DNA of 59,217 nucleotides from a virus (Duplodnaviria; Caudoviricetes): IMG/VR virus record IMGVR_UViG_3300021088_000013, positions 1 to 59,217 of that record; one strand, 5' to 3'. Shown piece by piece: positions 56,383 to 59,217 of this stretch (position 1 is its first letter; each line of letters starts with the position of its first letter). The notes under the pieces were generated by a model. It saw only the letters and a program-made list of their open reading frames with translations, ran no database searches and was not told where the DNA came from. The position numbers and the translations under genes were made by a program.

Positions 56383-56549
56383 CACGACCAGCGAGGAGCT
56401 GGAATATCAGGTTTATCTTCCAGGCCAAACGGCGCAGGGCCGCTCGGTATAGACGGTTGAGAACTAGCATTCGAATAGTTAGGCATCTCATCGCCATGCC
56501 AGCCATCCCCCAGTGATGGTTGATTGGTCACATCGGCCACAACAATCAC
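56382..56549 (-). CDS. microprotein (55 aa), PFGLEDKP motif
   Basis: Hand-translated ...PAPFGLEDKPDIPAPRWS; GTGA overlap with the terL stop. Confidence 0.6.
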   Translation of the reverse strand: MIVVADVTNQPSLGDGWHGDEMPNYSNASSQPSIPSGPAPFGLEDKPDIPAPRWS

Positions 56550-58105
56550 ACTCCCATCTTATCTTTGCTCTTGTAGTAGAAGATTGCCGGCATCGGAGCT
56601 GTCTCAACTAAACCAAAACGATACGCTGCAGCTGCTGCCGCAACCAATTCCGGGCCAGTGTCATCAGTCCACGTATAAGACTTACCGCACCTACGAACAT
56701 GCGCTGATCGCACAGCTGCGTCCAATTCATTCTGTCCAACATGGACAATCGTTCCAGCTGCCACAGCGCTCTGGAAAGCCCCACAAGACGCAGCCATATC
56801 AGGCTCCGTCAGTTTGAAGAATTCAATCTCCTGGCGCGTCAAATCTGGCAACAAACTACGCGCCTCGCCAGTGCAAACGGACACATCAGCAACATCCTTG
56901 GAAGCTATCAACTCGGCAACCTTAGCAGCCACCCAACTAATACCACGACCAGAATAGGTCATCACCAATGCTCGGCCGCCAACATCGCCGGCAACAGCGA
57001 TAGATGCAACCTCACGAACAGTGGACACCGCAACCGACAGCGTCACCTGCCTAGGTGGCTCAACATCAACATTTTCAAGCGCCAACCACTTGATCGGATC
57101 AAACACCGGAGGTTCTTTCAGTCTTACAGGCTGATTCAGCCAAAACCGACGAAACTCATTCTCCGACGCTTGCGGATCATCCCAATAATCAGCGATACCC
57201 TCAAGATTCATCCACCCCGCAGCATCACCGTACGCTTCGCGGAGAGCTTCTATCCTTTGTGCCCTGTCGGTTAAATCCCAATCCTCAGACGCAGCGCGGT
57301 GATCAAACAAAAACGCTGATGAACTATTGCCCTCCCGCTGGAGCGCCTCAGCATACGCATGACTACCCTCGGCGACGGACTGCTCACCTTTGGCATACAT
57401 GGTCGACGTTTCCAACATCCAACCGCCGGCCTCTTTACGCTTCAGCAAATTCCTCACCATGGTTTGGTGCATACGCCCAAGCTTGAAAACCCCGGATATC
57501 GGCGGAGTCATCAGGTGCGATTCATCTACCACGATGAACGTCGACTTAGCGCCGTCCTTAGCCTCATTCGAAGCCGACACCGGCTCAATCCTGCCACGCT
57601 TATCCGGCAGAAACGTGCGCGTCAAACCCGCGTCTATGGGGCCGAAACGATCAGATAGACGTGTCGAACAGGTATCCGGGTGGAGCATGTACCTGACACC
57701 GCCGTAGGTGTTCCCGGCCTGATTCTCTTCAGTGGCAACGTTGAGGATCTCGACGTATTTCAACATCTTCCCAACAGGCTCACCCTGGGTGTAGTGATAG
57801 CCCCAATCTGATACCTCACCCTGCTGCGCCCAGTGATCGAATCTGCACTCCCCGAACGCCTCGAAACAAACCAACATCGCTGCAAGTTCAGACTTCGATC
57901 TACCTTTAGCCCGAGATAAGAAAGCACGCCGAACCTGTCGATAACCATCCGGTGTTATCCTATAAGCCTTAATTACAAATTCCGAAAATTCATCATCCAA
58001 TAAAATGGACTCACCCTGAACATCACCTGGGCCATGAACAAGGAAGTTTTGAATCCAGTCTATTGCATACCATCCAATAGACTCACGAATCCCAGGAAGA
58101 GACAT
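56546..58105 (-). CDS. terL: terminase large subunit
   Basis: Walker A variant RAKGRSKSE; Walker B FIVVDESH; FRRFWLNQ. Confidence 0.93.
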   Translation of the reverse strand: MSLPGIRESIGWYAIDWIQNFLVHGPGDVQGESILLDDEFSEFVIKAYRITPDGYRQVRRAFLSRAKGRSKSELAAMLVCFEAFGECRFDHWAQQGEVSDWGYHYTQGEPVGKMLKYVEILNVATEENQAGNTYGGVRYMLHPDTCSTRLSDRFGPIDAGLTRTFLPDKRGRIEPVSASNEAKDGAKSTFIVVDESHLMTPPISGVFKLGRMHQTMVRNLLKRKEAGGWMLETSTMYAKGEQSVAEGSHAYAEALQREGNSSSAFLFDHRAASEDWDLTDRAQRIEALREAYGDAAGWMNLEGIADYWDDPQASENEFRRFWLNQPVRLKEPPVFDPIKWLALENVDVEPPRQVTLSVAVSTVREVASIAVAGDVGGRALVMTYSGRGISWVAAKVAELIASKDVADVSVCTGEARSLLPDLTRQEIEFFKLTEPDMAASCGAFQSAVAAGTIVHVGQNELDAAVRSAHVRRCGKSYTWTDDTGPELVAAAAAAYRFGLVETAPMPAIFYYKSKDKMGV

Positions 58106-58114
58106 TAAAATACC

Positions 58115-58675
58115 TCACCTAAGTCGTATCGCCCATGACTTCTCAGCATGACCAAGAACATCCCATGATAACGGATTCTCGGCCACATATTCACGCCAAG
58201 CCCGCTGCTCATGATCCTTACATCCGGAATACCTATGCCATTCATCAAAAACGCATATAGTGCCAGATTTTAAATAAGGTCCAATATAAGTTAAAGCAGT
58301 CTTTGTACTTGAATACAAATCAGCATCGAAATGAACTAATCCAATATAACCTAAATATGAAAAATCAAATTCCGGAAGAGTATCCTCAAACAAACCTATT
58401 ACAATCCTACTGTTATCGATATCTTCAGGAGGGTCACACGCCATAGAGCCGGCAGGGTATCTAAATCTCCAATTCTCAGGCAATCCTTCAAAACTATCAA
58501 ACCCAACTACTGGCATATGTTTAGCAATGATTGACATGCTAGTCCCACTAGCGACACCAAACTCAACAGCACTCCCAAACGGAGACAAGCCTATGACATA
58601 GCGAAGCAAAGGATAGTTAATATTCCTAGCATTACAATTACGACCCAGGGAATAATCCACACTACGCACTACCAA
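58115..58675 (-). CDS. TylF/MycF-like SAM-dependent O-methyltransferase
   Basis: EFGVASG...GFDSFEGLPE.W...HFDADLYSST...VFDEW. Confidence 0.88.
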   Translation of the reverse strand: MVVRSVDYSLGRNCNARNINYPLLRYVIGLSPFGSAVEFGVASGTSMSIIAKHMPVVGFDSFEGLPENWRFRYPAGSMACDPPEDIDNSRIVIGLFEDTLPEFDFSYLGYIGLVHFDADLYSSTKTALTYIGPYLKSGTICVFDEWHRYSGCKDHEQRAWREYVAENPLSWDVLGHAEKSWAIRLR

Positions 58676-59102
58676 CCGACTTCAACAACCTAGCCCGCTG
58701 ACTATCACGCGCGCCGTCACTAGCATCCCTAACAGGAACTGGCGGCTTAGCCTCCGGGCTGCCTACCGAAACTCGTAACCTAGCCCGATCCTCGGGTGTT
58801 GCGCCGAACTTCGCTACGCGCTGCCTCAACTCAGAAGCGACCGTACGATCACCAGACCAGAACGCGGCGTGCAACACGGCAGTTTCAAGCATAAAACACC
58901 AGTCAGTATCTCCCATAATCGCAGCCTGTGGACTTGTGCGCCATACGTGCCACCAATCCAGTGTCGGCTGAGGCCACTCGTGGTTATCCGGCAAATCCGG
59001 CCCGTGAACCACCCCGTCATGCTCAAGCACCGTCAACTGAGGAGGCTTATTCCGGCGTGCCAGCGACGACGGATCCCTCGGAACGCGTCCCTTACCACTC
59101 AT
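58662..59102 (-). CDS. terminase small subunit
   Basis: WP..T..WW..WR.SPQA...ELRQRVAKFGATPEDRARLR; GGAGG SD. Confidence 0.85.
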   Translation of the reverse strand: MSGKGRVPRDPSSLARRNKPPQLTVLEHDGVVHGPDLPDNHEWPQPTLDWWHVWRTSPQAAIMGDTDWCFMLETAVLHAAFWSGDRTVASELRQRVAKFGATPEDRARLRVSVGSPEAKPPVPVRDASDGARDSQRARLLKSVGSA

Positions 59103-59217
59103 TAGCACACCTCCAATGTTTGCTGGACATAACCTTCTGGTTTGCCAATATCACAGGAAAGAGGGATGCCCCTCGATATTTCAACTCCAGTATTGTACAC
59201 ACTGCGAGCCATTTGAG

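Larger units (their letters stand above)
1..59217 (-). mobile_element. Apparently complete mycobacteriophage (siphovirus) genome, reverse orientation
   Basis: Continuous phage gene order from terS at the right end to HNH at the left end, with no flanking host genes. LysB, WhiB, DUF732 and PPE point to a mycobacterial host. Confidence 0.92.

Noticed and set aside
1-59217. Stop-codon reassignment
   Set aside because: Core genes are intact under code 11, and TAG, TAA and TGA all terminate genes.

Overview
This window looks like an essentially complete tailed-phage genome (siphovirus-like, HK97-type head) of a mycobacterial host, written in reverse orientation. Read on the minus strand from the right end it runs: terS, O-methyltransferase, terL, portal, protease, capsid, neck/tail genes (with an inserted glycosyltransferase), tape measure, minor tail genes and a papain-like peptidase. 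It continues with a central accessory island, a PLD-family gene, lysin A, lysin B, holins, and a membrane-protein operon ending in a PPE-SVP gene. The early/replication arm follows (Cas4-like nuclease, WhiB, NrdH, SSB-like, prim-pol/AAA helicase, iteron-rich ori, Endo VII) and ends at an HNH gene. I found no catalytic integrase, ParAB or DNA polymerase; only an integrase arm-domain remnant is present. Most notable: (1) a full-length phage-borne PPE-SVP (type VII/ESX-5-type substrate) with no PE partner, at the end of a membrane-protein operon; (2) an orphan membrane protein with a CapRel/PhRel-antitoxin-like N-terminus fused to DUF732, with no toxin in the genome; (3) an Aca2-like operon of small proteins behind a perfect CRP box; (4) a 27-bp exact inverted repeat 21 kb apart, shared by the primase-helicase linker and a microprotein next to the integrase remnant; (5) a hairpin triplet before the capsid gene and a structured RNA candidate. 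All family assignments come from motif recognition by eye; no searches were run.
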